Below, in pieces: positions 7,301-16,434 of a stretch of 64,000 nt of DNA (position 1 is its first letter; each line of letters opens with the position of its first letter). The notes under the pieces are model-generated. The model had not been told where the DNA came from and searched no databases. It saw only the letters and a program-made list of their open reading frames with translations. The stretch comes from Patescibacteria group bacterium UBA924 (GTDB lineage Bacteria > Patescibacteriota > Microgenomatia > UBA1400 > PJMF01). The translations under genes were made by a program, and so were the position numbers. The DNA lies in contig DBDU01000015.1 of the NCBI GenBank assembly GCA_002293725.1, positions 19,793 through 83,792 on the forward strand. Direction: 5' to 3'.

Positions 7301-9667
7301 GTTCAGATCACTCAGCGCGTAATGAGTGAAGACGTCATCACCTTGGTCCATGTGTGTTCCATTGAGATCAAGGTAAGCAAGATTAGAGTTGCCACCTGTA
7401 GGTGTGGTTGTCATGTAAGCGCCGAGGCGACCACGCTCAAAATCCAACCGAATTGCGCCAATATCTGTATAGGTAAAGTTTTGGAAGCCCACCCCATCGG
7501 TCAGGTTAAAGACATATAACCGATAAATATCTGACATCCATAAATACTTCTTTCCTTCATAAACTCCCAAAGCAAAGCCGTTCAAGTCTGAGCTCATTGC
7601 ATTTACGCCAAACAACGCAGGATAGTTAAATAAAGTACTGACCTCTGTAGTTTTGTTGTATTGGTAAATCTGTCCGCCTAAGTAGTACCACAGCATATTG
7701 CTATCTTGGGGATCTTGCCAAACTTCCCACAGCCCACGGCAGTCTCCATAACGAGGACAGATGTTGGTGTTATTCAGGAGTTGACGAGAAACGGTAATAT
7801 CTTCTTTTAAGCGAAGCTTTCCATTTCCCCAAATAATATTTGAGGAGCTAGGGATGTCTTGGTTGGCAGTACTTTCGAAGTTCTCCTCAAACGTAAACTC
7901 ACCTGGCATTGGATCTTCAGGATCAACAATCGTGAATGTGTCATCAACTACTGCTGAGCGTCCTGCGCCATCAGTACATCGCACATCGACGGTGTGGACT
8001 CCCAAACCCAGTTCAGGCAGATCAACAGAGAATGTTTCTGTGTAGCTGTCATCATAAACACCGCCATTGGGTAAGGTGATCAGTTCATACCCGCCATCAT
8101 CAATCTGATACTCTAACTCACTGATAAAGCTGTTCGTATCTCGATAGGTATTATCAGTACAGCTTCCAGTAATGGTCGGCGTCCTATCGGTTAATGGATC
8201 TGGAGTAACCTCGTCCATACTGACGATAGGATCAGAGTTATCCAGTGCATCAATAATGACAGGGTCGTAATCAGCACTATAGTTGCCAGCTTCATCCTCT
8301 ACACGGAAGTTAACTAAAATCACTCCATCAATATCACCAAAAGAACTTAAGTCCACAGTGAAGTCAAAAGTCTCTTCTGTGGCACCAAATGAAGAGTCAA
8401 CAGGCTGAACCGGGTGATCTGCATAGAACTGCAAAGTTCCTTGAACAACGTGGTAGATCTCATACGCAGCACCAACAATGCCCCGATCATCGGTACAGGT
8501 AATACCCTCGTACTCCAAAATCTTAGAGTAGTGTGGACTTGGATGATTAATAAAACCTTCGGTACATGAAGGAGCTATAGGATCGATATCGACTTCAAAT
8601 GATTGCGAGGCCTCATTGCCCCACATATCACCCGCATAGAAAGTAATAGTATGCGGACCAGCGGAAGGTGAGAACTCAATCTCCCACTCCTTATACGTTT
8701 CAGAAGACTCGTCTTCATCAATCAGTACATAGTTTCTTCCCTCATAGTCAACTTCGTACTGGATGTAACTAATGTAACTGGCATCACTGACCGTTCCTGA
8801 GTACTCCAGTGGATTTTTAGTCACGCCTTCTGGCGCCTCAGTAAAGTTAAAGATGGGCAGGTCTTCTTCATACTCATAATCTTCACCACCACCATCTTCT
8901 AGGTAGGTAAAGTAGTAAGACTGCTGTGACTCATTACCATACGGGTCTCTGGCATAGACAGAAAACTCATGCTCGTTTCCATCGAAAAGATCAGACGGGC
9001 CAGGATAACCGCTTGAAAGATTTAAATCGTAGTATTGGTGGTCATAGTTACTACTGTTTGGATAAACATCCCAAGGTTGTCCGTCAACATAGACGACTAC
9101 TTCTTCTAAATAGTCATCGTAGACTTGAAAGTAATAGGGCATTGAAGTTGATTCAACTTCTCCCTCAGTGTACGTATCAAAGTAAATAACGGGACTACTT
9201 GCATCTGGATAAGGCTCAAATGAGAACTGTTCAGAAATTTCTTCGTCTGCCTCTGTCGTGGCATAGAAAGTAATAGTATGAGGATTAAAGTCAGCGTACG
9301 CTCGTTGATCTAGATAGAAATAAACATACTCATCAATATCATTAAACGGACCAGAATCACTAAACTCTTCTAAACTTACTCGTCCACTGTTATCAATTTC
9401 GTAGGAAATATCGACGATCGCCGACTCATCACTATGGACTGAGAAGTTATAGTAGTACTCCCAATAGCCGTTATTGATATCTGCACCATAAGTATTTGGG
9501 CTCTCTCCGCTGGAATAAAAATCAAAGTAGACCACTGAGTCGGCCATTGCTTGGTGCGTAGCTAGCAAAGTAGCCGCTGTAACAGCAACAAAGATGAAGG
9601 CTGCAGCAAGTAATTTTGCTTGGAGACTGAAGAGTTTTTGTCTAAAGATAAGCATAAGCCAAAACAC
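4358..9667 (-). CDS. Giant cell-surface protein (1769 aa) with signal peptide, multiple Ig/beta-sandwich-like regions, S/T/P-rich linker, C-terminal multi-TM anchor and carboxypeptidase-regulatory-like (CarbopepD_reg) beta-sandwich
   Basis: N-terminal hydrophobic signal; acidic Y/D/E-rich repeats; low-complexity SSGTSSSPSPTPDASATPTSS linker; 3 predicted TM helices near residue 1480-1600; C-terminal GRIIADGDRRGIANATIVLTRQDGSVVAISKSDAHGNFEL motif typical of CarbopepD_reg domain; all +strand ORFs inside are shadows. Confidence 0.65.
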   Translation of the reverse strand: MFWLMLIFRQKLFSLQAKLLAAAFIFVAVTAATLLATHQAMADSVVYFDFYSSGESPNTYGADINNGYWEYYYNFSVHSDESAIVDISYEIDNSGRVSLEEFSDSGPFNDIDEYVYFYLDQRAYADFNPHTITFYATTEADEEISEQFSFEPYPDASSPVIYFDTYTEGEVESTSMPYYFQVYDDYLEEVVVYVDGQPWDVYPNSSNYDHQYYDLNLSSGYPGPSDLFDGNEHEFSVYARDPYGNESQQSYYFTYLEDGGGEDYEYEEDLPIFNFTEAPEGVTKNPLEYSGTVSDASYISYIQYEVDYEGRNYVLIDEDESSETYKEWEIEFSPSAGPHTITFYAGDMWGNEASQSFEVDIDPIAPSCTEGFINHPSPHYSKILEYEGITCTDDRGIVGAAYEIYHVVQGTLQFYADHPVQPVDSSFGATEETFDFTVDLSSFGDIDGVILVNFRVEDEAGNYSADYDPVIIDALDNSDPIVSMDEVTPDPLTDRTPTITGSCTDNTYRDTNSFISELEYQIDDGGYELITLPNGGVYDDSYTETFSVDLPELGLGVHTVDVRCTDGAGRSAVVDDTFTIVDPEDPMPGEFTFEENFESTANQDIPSSSNIIWGNGKLRLKEDITVSRQLLNNTNICPRYGDCRGLWEVWQDPQDSNMLWYYLGGQIYQYNKTTEVSTLFNYPALFGVNAMSSDLNGFALGVYEGKKYLWMSDIYRLYVFNLTDGVGFQNFTYTDIGAIRLDFERGRLGAYMTTTPTGGNSNLAYLDLNGTHMDQGDDVFTHYALSDLNSQSFLGSLIDSAENRVYAGSYFDGFYVWGDNNTPSDPSDDIVDVTTDGDYQNVFTGMILDPDGRLIFGTANNSNGRLFVITDDGDDPYSWDDDTIVQLAYPAQIGYRNIYGIQYIEGQNGVGDQLLLNTEGSIPVYLNFNDTYTNLTDDTFIEFDLTGGVRPSNAWTYLDNYSTLYSVNKNQGFYKSAMTRGWVDGGAAVAIPTRPPQQLVVDNFVAEANASAPIADASGVGGSNFSFMAAVGEHLIPQAYAAPGDPIRYYVSTDGGVTWQEVTLGQLQQLQQSDYRVKFKIELYEVDNATPVLTSYSLSYAGYPEEELATTTTGLSVSPSTNATTTNASFSVTVEGIDVLGYKNPNYDGNVTFTLIDTGTGNPTDGLNVTNLAINDGTGTASGVQINKTGTFKIRVTDGTFTQESGTITITSGASLPSPYLGFSASKFKIQKGEIVELHWASSNLTSFVINPGNNQLSAPTGTFYVHPTETTTYTITGTGPYGSAVASLEIKVEGELSSGTSSSPSPTPDASATPTSSVDPSATAGAGGGLANPSATPVPASFGIVSSADQTIVRGQKAEISWNIPDADEVTIDYPETRTISPNGSFEFFPLDTTVITITARKGDEVVTKKITVTVLDAPAEVQQIARALQERLPWSTPLISGAIQASKTLPKIGLAAAAALELAVVGLLALAVASQAGIMAALNLRTLLNLFRTAGVLPAKQRKGFVHQTKNGSPIPFAAISVYEGKNQLGAPFVSLVSDMYGVYLEPFLPKGEYTMTVGHDGHVFPTKLQRPAHLSFKDFYKGEVLGIASAKQSQAVLVPMDNKLGDKGGSLKYSLLLLLNRTLHWLQWAVYPLAALSILAFWIAPTVINGLILVVYAVVLLPKLVSLFKKPTLKGRIIADGDRRGIANATIVLTRQDGSVVAISKSDAHGNFELYAPKGKYGINVISPNMVWKEAKAGTMSMVTAAVGAKPLTIEMTTITNPFAAV

Positions 9668-9825
9668 AAAAGATTCCCTTTTGTGTTGTCAAAACCAGTA
9701 TGGCTGTTTTTTTACACGAGGGCAACCGTGAGTTTGGAGCGTTTTTGTAGAATAAGGAAGAGAGTCTGTGCTCACGTTTAGCCAAACTCTTGATATAATA
9801 AGCCGTCCACGCTGGTCATAGACAT

Positions 9826-9899
9826 GTCAGGGTAGCTCAACCGGTTAGAGCGCCACACTCATAACGTGGAGGTTGGGAGTTCGAGTCTCCCCCTTGACA
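9826..9899 (+). tRNA. tRNA-Met or tRNA-Ile2 (CAT anticodon), elongator type
   Basis: Acceptor gtcaggg/ccttgac (one G.U), D-arm gctc-aaccggtta-gagc, anticodon loop cTCATAa, T-arm gggag-ttcgagt-ctccc; 74 nt; no encoded CCA. Confidence 0.8.
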
Positions 9900-9920
9900 C
9901 ATTTTTTTAATTTTCGATCT

Positions 9921-10205
9921 TTATTCCCAGCCGTACATTCTGCGGAAAATAGCTGTTAGTGGCGCAGCTTCTTCTGGAGTGTAGACGTGTTTCACAATGA
10001 ACTTACCAACTGTTTTGCCATCACGACGCGTCTGTTCGATGATCTGAATCTCCGCCACTGCAGTCCAGTCTTTTTGAGTCAACCAAATTTGAATGTCATC
10101 AGCTAATACGCTTAGTTCTTTGGCAAACGAGTACTCTTGTCCCACTTGTAGCTGACCGCCAATGTCTGAGCGCAAAATGTTATTTACATTAATCACAAAT
10201 CCCAT
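9921..10205 (-). CDS. Hypothetical protein (94 aa)
   Basis: ORF with no recognised motif. Confidence 0.3.
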   Translation of the reverse strand: MGFVINVNNILRSDIGGQLQVGQEYSFAKELSVLADDIQIWLTQKDWTAVAEIQIIEQTRRDGKTVGKFIVKHVYTPEEAAPLTAIFRRMYGWE

Positions 10206-10235
10206 ACAGACTCCTTTGTCTGTTTGACTATACCA

Positions 10236-10264
10236 AAACGGCTCCCTTTCGGAAGCCGTTTTTT
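10236..10264 (-). terminator. Intrinsic terminator downstream of groEL
   Basis: aaaacggctccc-tttc-ggaagccgtttttt hairpin with flanking A/T runs. Confidence 0.45.
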
Positions 10265-10301
10265 ATTGCTGTTTTTATAAGCAAGTACCTTCAAAAACGT
10301 C

Positions 10302-11936
<1,635 letters not shown>

Positions 11937-12239
11937 TTACTTAATTGTTGCTAAAATATCTTCAAACTTTAAGAACTGGTACTCAACGTCCCCAACCTTA
12001 AAGTCATTTCCACCCCAGCGTTTATAGATGACATGATCACCTTTCTTGACTGGTGAAGAAACTTTTTGACCATCAATAACAGTCTCGCCGCCCACGGCTA
12101 AGACGACACCGTACTGTGGTTTTTCTTCATGATTGTCAGGTAAGTAAATGCCTGACGCAGTTTGTTTTTGGGATTTAGCTGGCTCTACGAGTACATATCC
12201 GGCCAGTGGATGAAGTTGTGAAACAGAAAGATCTGCCAT
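11937..12239 (-). CDS. groES: Co-chaperonin GroES (Cpn10)
   Basis: 100 aa, ...LAGYVLVEP...SGIYLPD...GDHVIYKRWGGNDFKVGDVEYQFLKFEDILATI; 9-nt spacing to groEL. Confidence 0.9.
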   Translation of the reverse strand: MADLSVSQLHPLAGYVLVEPAKSQKQTASGIYLPDNHEEKPQYGVVLAVGGETVIDGQKVSSPVKKGDHVIYKRWGGNDFKVGDVEYQFLKFEDILATIK

Positions 12240-12269
12240 ACGACCTCCTCATGTAAGTAATTAAAATTT

Positions 12270-12296
12270 CTAGCAGCGAATATAGTTGACTGCTAA
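12270..12296. promoter_or_regulatory. CIRCE-like HrcA operator (9-N9-9 inverted repeat) upstream of groES
   Basis: CTAGCAGCG-AATATAGTT-GACTGCTAA; right half matches CIRCE consensus GAGTGCTAA at 8/9, left half 6/9 to TTAGCACTC; located ~30 nt upstream of groES start. Confidence 0.5.
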
Positions 12297-12331
12297 TTTT
12301 CTGTCAAGACGTAAGCAGACTCAACTCAATA

Positions 12332-12994
12332 TTAGTGAGTCAGGGGCGTAGTAGGCTCGCTGAGTACCACGTTGGGGGTGGACTGAGCAATCATGGCAAT
12401 ATCTTCTTTAATGACCGTTTCTTCTTTGCCACGGCTAGTCAGGTGTTTAACTTCAGAAAGCAAGAATCCTTCGCAGTTCAAGCCACGATTTTGGAAGTGA
12501 TAGTTTAGGTCATCTTTGACCATCTGCTCAACAGCTGATCGATTTTGTTTAATTTGATCTAGCGTTAACTCGGAAAAAACGGAAGCGACGCGACTACGAG
12601 AGAAAGGACGAACAACTTTAGAAACCATGTTCTCACCAATGTTCTCCCACAGCTCAGGAGCATTATGGCGATCAATTCGGAAGAGGATCGAACCTTCAAT
12701 AGAGATATCTTTACCATCTTTTGTGCTGGTATTAATTGGTTGATCACCAAGTGACTCTTTATTGGCTGAGAGATCGAAGTCACGACGGATGGAGTACTCC
12801 AGGATCTGAGCATTAAAAAGTTTGGCAATCTGCCAAAAAGGAATCTTTAAGTGAAGTCCTGGTCCCCAAACTCGAGGAAGAACACCTCTCCCACGATCGT
12901 ATACACAGGCAACATGGCCTGGCGGGACAGAAATAAAGAAGCCTCCAACGACTTCATCAACCATGAAAGATACAACTAAGCGGTCAAGCTCCAT
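12332..12994 (-). CDS. SPFH/Band-7 (prohibitin/flotillin-like) domain membrane protein
   Basis: 220 aa, N-terminal hydrophobic anchor followed by SPFH-like core (KDGKDISIEGSILFRIDRHNAPELWENIG...). Confidence 0.55.
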   Translation of the reverse strand: MELDRLVVSFMVDEVVGGFFISVPPGHVACVYDRGRGVLPRVWGPGLHLKIPFWQIAKLFNAQILEYSIRRDFDLSANKESLGDQPINTSTKDGKDISIEGSILFRIDRHNAPELWENIGENMVSKVVRPFSRSRVASVFSELTLDQIKQNRSAVEQMVKDDLNYHFQNRGLNCEGFLLSEVKHLTSRGKEETVIKEDIAMIAQSTPNVVLSEPTTPLTH

Positions 12995-13033
12995 AGTGGA
13001 TGTATTCTACTCCAGTTCTGTGTGTTTGTCTGC

Positions 13034-13816
13034 CTACTTTGTCTGAACGATAACTGTCTCTTCACCCATCTCGGCCAAGCGCTGCTTCTCTTCTTGCTCA
13101 AGCTGATACTGTTCCCATCGTCTACGAACATACTTAAACAGAACAAGCATCAAGCTAATTATGAGCGTAGTAATCACAAATAATTTCTTTCCTGCGGGGA
13201 AACTCATAAACACAATGAAAGATAAAACGGGCAAGATCAGTTGTAAGCGAACGACTTCACCTTTGGCTGGTGGATAAGGTGAAGTTAAGATAGATGCTGT
13301 TTCTACTAGGAAAATGAGCAGTGACTGTAAAAAGTTCAACAGAATGTTGGTGTGAGTAAGGTCATATTTATTTAAAAAGACCAAGTTGAATGGCAGATCA
13401 ACTTTAGGCATAAAGGGATAGATCAGATGAATATCTTCACCTGATAACCCGGTCGCAAACATTCGCCATAGCATGATCGCGATCATCACCTGGACAAACA
13501 GTGAGAATAGCTCACCTACTACTACTCCACGATTGCGGCGGAAAAGTCGCTTAGTCTCGCTGCGCAAACGAATGGGATCGTTGGAATAAATTTGGTTCAA
13601 CTCTTCGTTTCTCTTGACCAACTCTCGCCGTTCTTTCTCGCCGCGATCCTCCATTAAAGAAATAGGTAAAAGTAAGATTCGGATCACAATCGTCAGTAAG
13701 ATAACGGCGATACCCATGTCTGGATTCCCCCGAGTGACGAAGTCCAACATCCAGTAGAAAAAGACCAAAACATTCAACAGCGGCTGGTAGATCAGAACAA
13801 CAAAAAGGTGTGCCAT
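13034..13816 (-). CDS. yidC: Membrane protein insertase YidC/Oxa1 family (short form)
   Basis: 260 aa; LIYQPLLNVLVFFY...GIAVILLTIVIRILLLPISL...ELNQIY.NDP pattern diagnostic of YidC. Confidence 0.75.
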   Translation of the reverse strand: MAHLFVVLIYQPLLNVLVFFYWMLDFVTRGNPDMGIAVILLTIVIRILLLPISLMEDRGEKERRELVKRNEELNQIYSNDPIRLRSETKRLFRRNRGVVVGELFSLFVQVMIAIMLWRMFATGLSGEDIHLIYPFMPKVDLPFNLVFLNKYDLTHTNILLNFLQSLLIFLVETASILTSPYPPAKGEVVRLQLILPVLSFIVFMSFPAGKKLFVITTLIISLMLVLFKYVRRRWEQYQLEQEEKQRLAEMGEETVIVQTK

Positions 13817-13830
13817 GGTGTTTTATATTT

Positions 13831-14175
13831 CTATCCCTGAAGTCTTTCCTCGGGAAATAGCGCGTGAATATATGCTGCGCATTCCTGGAGCGCTCTTGAA
13901 TACTCCGTTAATAACCCTAACATCTCTTGATCAACATCATCGTGTTCAAAGTCCAAGTTAACGTACTCTTGAAAAGCTTTAAACATTTTGAAGGTTGTCT
14001 GTTGGTGTTCTTTCAGCCAACCTTGTTTTTCATCGAGGGGAAGGTTTGCAACCCGCTCTAATTGATCCACAACTCCCTGTAATTGGTGTAGCTTACTAAA
14101 GACGCTAACCTTGAGTGGCGGATGGAGTAAGTGATCTTGGTAAAAGCCAAGTGGCTGTCGTTGCATGCTGACCAA
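13831..14175 (-). CDS. Hypothetical acidic protein (114 aa)
   Basis: ORF only. Confidence 0.3.
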   Translation of the reverse strand: MVSMQRQPLGFYQDHLLHPPLKVSVFSKLHQLQGVVDQLERVANLPLDEKQGWLKEHQQTTFKMFKAFQEYVNLDFEHDDVDQEMLGLLTEYSRALQECAAYIHALFPEERLQG

Positions 14176-15292
14176 TTATAATACAGCAACGATGCATACC
14201 CTAATTGATATCAAACAAACTGATGAAGCCCACGTTATTGCCGAGGCTTGCCGTGTTTTAGCCGCTGGCGGATTGCTCATCTTCCCTACCGAAACAACCT
14301 ATGGAGCGGGAGTCGATGCCACCAACCAGGAAGCAGTCAATAAGCTTCTCTCTTATAAAAGCCGCCGTGAGGGAAAACCTCTTTCCATTGCGGTAACAGA
14401 TCAGGAGATGGCAGCGAAGTATGTTGAGATTACGGACTCGGCTCGTCGTCTGTATGAACGGTTTCTTCCAGGACCAGTCACAGTCGTCTCGCGTAGTAAG
14501 GGTACGGTAGCTGACGGAGTTGCCTCTGAGTACGGAACACTTGGAGTTCGTATTCCGGCATATCCACTGATCTTGAAGATTGTGGCAGCGTATGGCAAAC
14601 CGATCACTGCAACTTCGGCTAATGGCTCGGGAGAAAAACGCCCTTATACGATTCAAGATATCTTTGACGGACTTTCTGAAAAACAAAAATCACTAGTGGA
14701 CTTTGTTTTGGATGCTGGTGAGCTTCCCAAGAATCCTCCCTCTACAGTAATTGATACTACTTTAGAAACACCTGTGGTTTTCCGCCAAGGTAATGTAGCA
14801 GTTGAGGGTGCGACAGATGCGGCGACGGCTCGTTACACCACTCGATCAGAAGCAGAAACACAAGAAGTGGCACAACGGATCATGCTCCAGCACTGGGAAG
14901 ACCTCAAAGAACGCGGTCTTTTTATTGCCCTTCATGGTTCATTGGGCGCTGGTAAAACTGTTTTTGTGAAGGGAATAGCGCAGTTTCTCGGTATTAAGGA
15001 AACACTCACCTCACCAACGTACGTTTTTATGCAGCAGTATGCTTTTAATCGTCATAATGTTGAGGGACGGCTGCATCACTTAGATATTTGGAGACTTGAA
15101 AAACCAGAGCTGATTCATCAACTTGGCATTGAAGAGTTGTTGGGACCTCGAGAAGTGGTTGCTATAGAATGGTCTAGCCTTGCCGATACCGACTTACAAA
15201 ACATGATCAAGAAACATAACGTCAAGTACATTGATATTCATTTGACTGACCAGAAAGACACCCACCTGATTGAAGTGAAGGCTACAGATTAA
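14165..15292 (+). CDS. Fusion protein: threonylcarbamoyl-AMP synthase (TsaC/YrdC/Sua5 domain) + tRNA t6A ATPase TsaE
   Basis: N-terminal half GGLLIFPTETTYGAGVDA...KSRREGKPLSIAV (YrdC fold); C-terminal half LHGSLGAGKTVFVKGIAQFLGI...TSPTYVFMQQY (TsaE P-loop and SPTF motif). Confidence 0.7.
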   Translation: MLTNYNTATMHTLIDIKQTDEAHVIAEACRVLAAGGLLIFPTETTYGAGVDATNQEAVNKLLSYKSRREGKPLSIAVTDQEMAAKYVEITDSARRLYERFLPGPVTVVSRSKGTVADGVASEYGTLGVRIPAYPLILKIVAAYGKPITATSANGSGEKRPYTIQDIFDGLSEKQKSLVDFVLDAGELPKNPPSTVIDTTLETPVVFRQGNVAVEGATDAATARYTTRSEAETQEVAQRIMLQHWEDLKERGLFIALHGSLGAGKTVFVKGIAQFLGIKETLTSPTYVFMQQYAFNRHNVEGRLHHLDIWRLEKPELIHQLGIEELLGPREVVAIEWSSLADTDLQNMIKKHNVKYIDIHLTDQKDTHLIEVKATD

Positions 15293-15296
15293 TACC

Positions 15297-16379
15297 ATGT
15301 CAAACTTTATTCTCTCCATTGATACGTCCTGCGACGATACTTCAGCTGCTGTTACCTCTGGAACTGCGGTGTTATCAAATATTGTGGCTTCTCAGGTAGA
15401 GTTACATAAAGAGTTTGGCGGCGTCTTTCCCACGGTAGCCAAACAAGCGCATCGTGAACGAATCAAACCAGTAGTTGAGTTAGCACTCAAACGAGCAAAG
15501 CTCACTACCGACCAACTAGCCGCGATTGCGGTCACTCAAGGACCAGGTCTCGCTCCGGCTCTTGAAGTAGGTGTAGAGTTTGCCAAACAGTTGGCTGGAC
15601 AGCTGCAACTCCCTTTACTTCCGATCAACCACATTGAGGGCCATGTTTTATCCGTTCTGGCAAAACCAAGTACTAAGCTTGGCTCGCAGCAACCAAACTC
15701 TTTTCCTGCGCTGTCGGTGATTGTCTCTGGTGGGCATACCGAGTTTGTACTAGTAAAAGAGCCAGGTAAGTATCAACGGATTGGTTGGACGGTTGATGAT
15801 GCTGCTGGTGAGGCACTTGATAAGTTCGGACGAATGGTGGACTTGGGCTATCCAGCTGGTCCAGTCGTTGAAGAGTTTGCCAAACGCGGTGACGCAAAAG
15901 CCTTTGCCTTTCCTTTACCGATGACTACCACTGATAACTTTTTGATGAGCTTCTCCGGATTGAAGACAGCAGTCCGAAGAAAAGTCGAAGAACTGGAGAG
16001 TGGGTCAACTCTTTCACAACAACACATTTTTGATTTATGTGCAAGTTTTCAATACGCGGTATTTCATGCCATTACTTATAAATTGAATAAATATTTACAG
16101 AAAAGAAATAATGATCTCACTCAGCCCAAACTCTTCGGTGTTTGGCTGGGTGGTGGAGTAGCTGCCAACACGACGCTAAGAGCTATGTTAAGAGAGACAA
16201 TACGTCCCTACCAGCTCTCTCTTGCTGTTCCATATAGCAAGAAGTTGTGCAGTGATAATGCAGCCATGATTGGCGTAGCAGCTGGGTTTGTTTTAACTGA
16301 GTTTAAGGAACACTCTCATCCAGAAACGCTTCAGATTGAACGACTGCCCAACTGGCAGATTGGATCAACAACCTCTTAG
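15297..16379 (+). CDS. tsaD: tRNA N6-adenosine threonylcarbamoyltransferase TsaD (Kae1/Gcp)
   Basis: 360 aa, SIDTSCDDTSAAV and metal-binding INHIEGHV motifs. Confidence 0.8.
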   Translation: MSNFILSIDTSCDDTSAAVTSGTAVLSNIVASQVELHKEFGGVFPTVAKQAHRERIKPVVELALKRAKLTTDQLAAIAVTQGPGLAPALEVGVEFAKQLAGQLQLPLLPINHIEGHVLSVLAKPSTKLGSQQPNSFPALSVIVSGGHTEFVLVKEPGKYQRIGWTVDDAAGEALDKFGRMVDLGYPAGPVVEEFAKRGDAKAFAFPLPMTTTDNFLMSFSGLKTAVRRKVEELESGSTLSQQHIFDLCASFQYAVFHAITYKLNKYLQKRNNDLTQPKLFGVWLGGGVAANTTLRAMLRETIRPYQLSLAVPYSKKLCSDNAAMIGVAAGFVLTEFKEHSHPETLQIERLPNWQIGSTTS

Positions 16380-16385
16380 CTTTTA

Positions 16386-16425
16386 AGTAAAAAAAGCGAC
16401 CCTCTCGGATCGCTTTTCTTTGTTT
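16386..16425. terminator. Putative bidirectional terminator between tsaD and nrdJ
   Basis: aaaaaaagcgaccctctcggatcgcttttctttgtttcttttt: short stem agcga/tcgct flanked by A- and T-runs; weak. Confidence 0.3.
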
Positions 16426-16434
16426 CTTTTTCTT

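Noticed and set aside
5184-9189. Several 60-120-aa plus-strand ORFs inside the giant gene (5184..5546, 6039..6230, 7295..7519, 7854..8045, 8926..9189)
   Set aside because: They are all embedded antisense within a 5.3-kb continuous minus-strand ORF with coherent protein features. They have no RBS or motif support.
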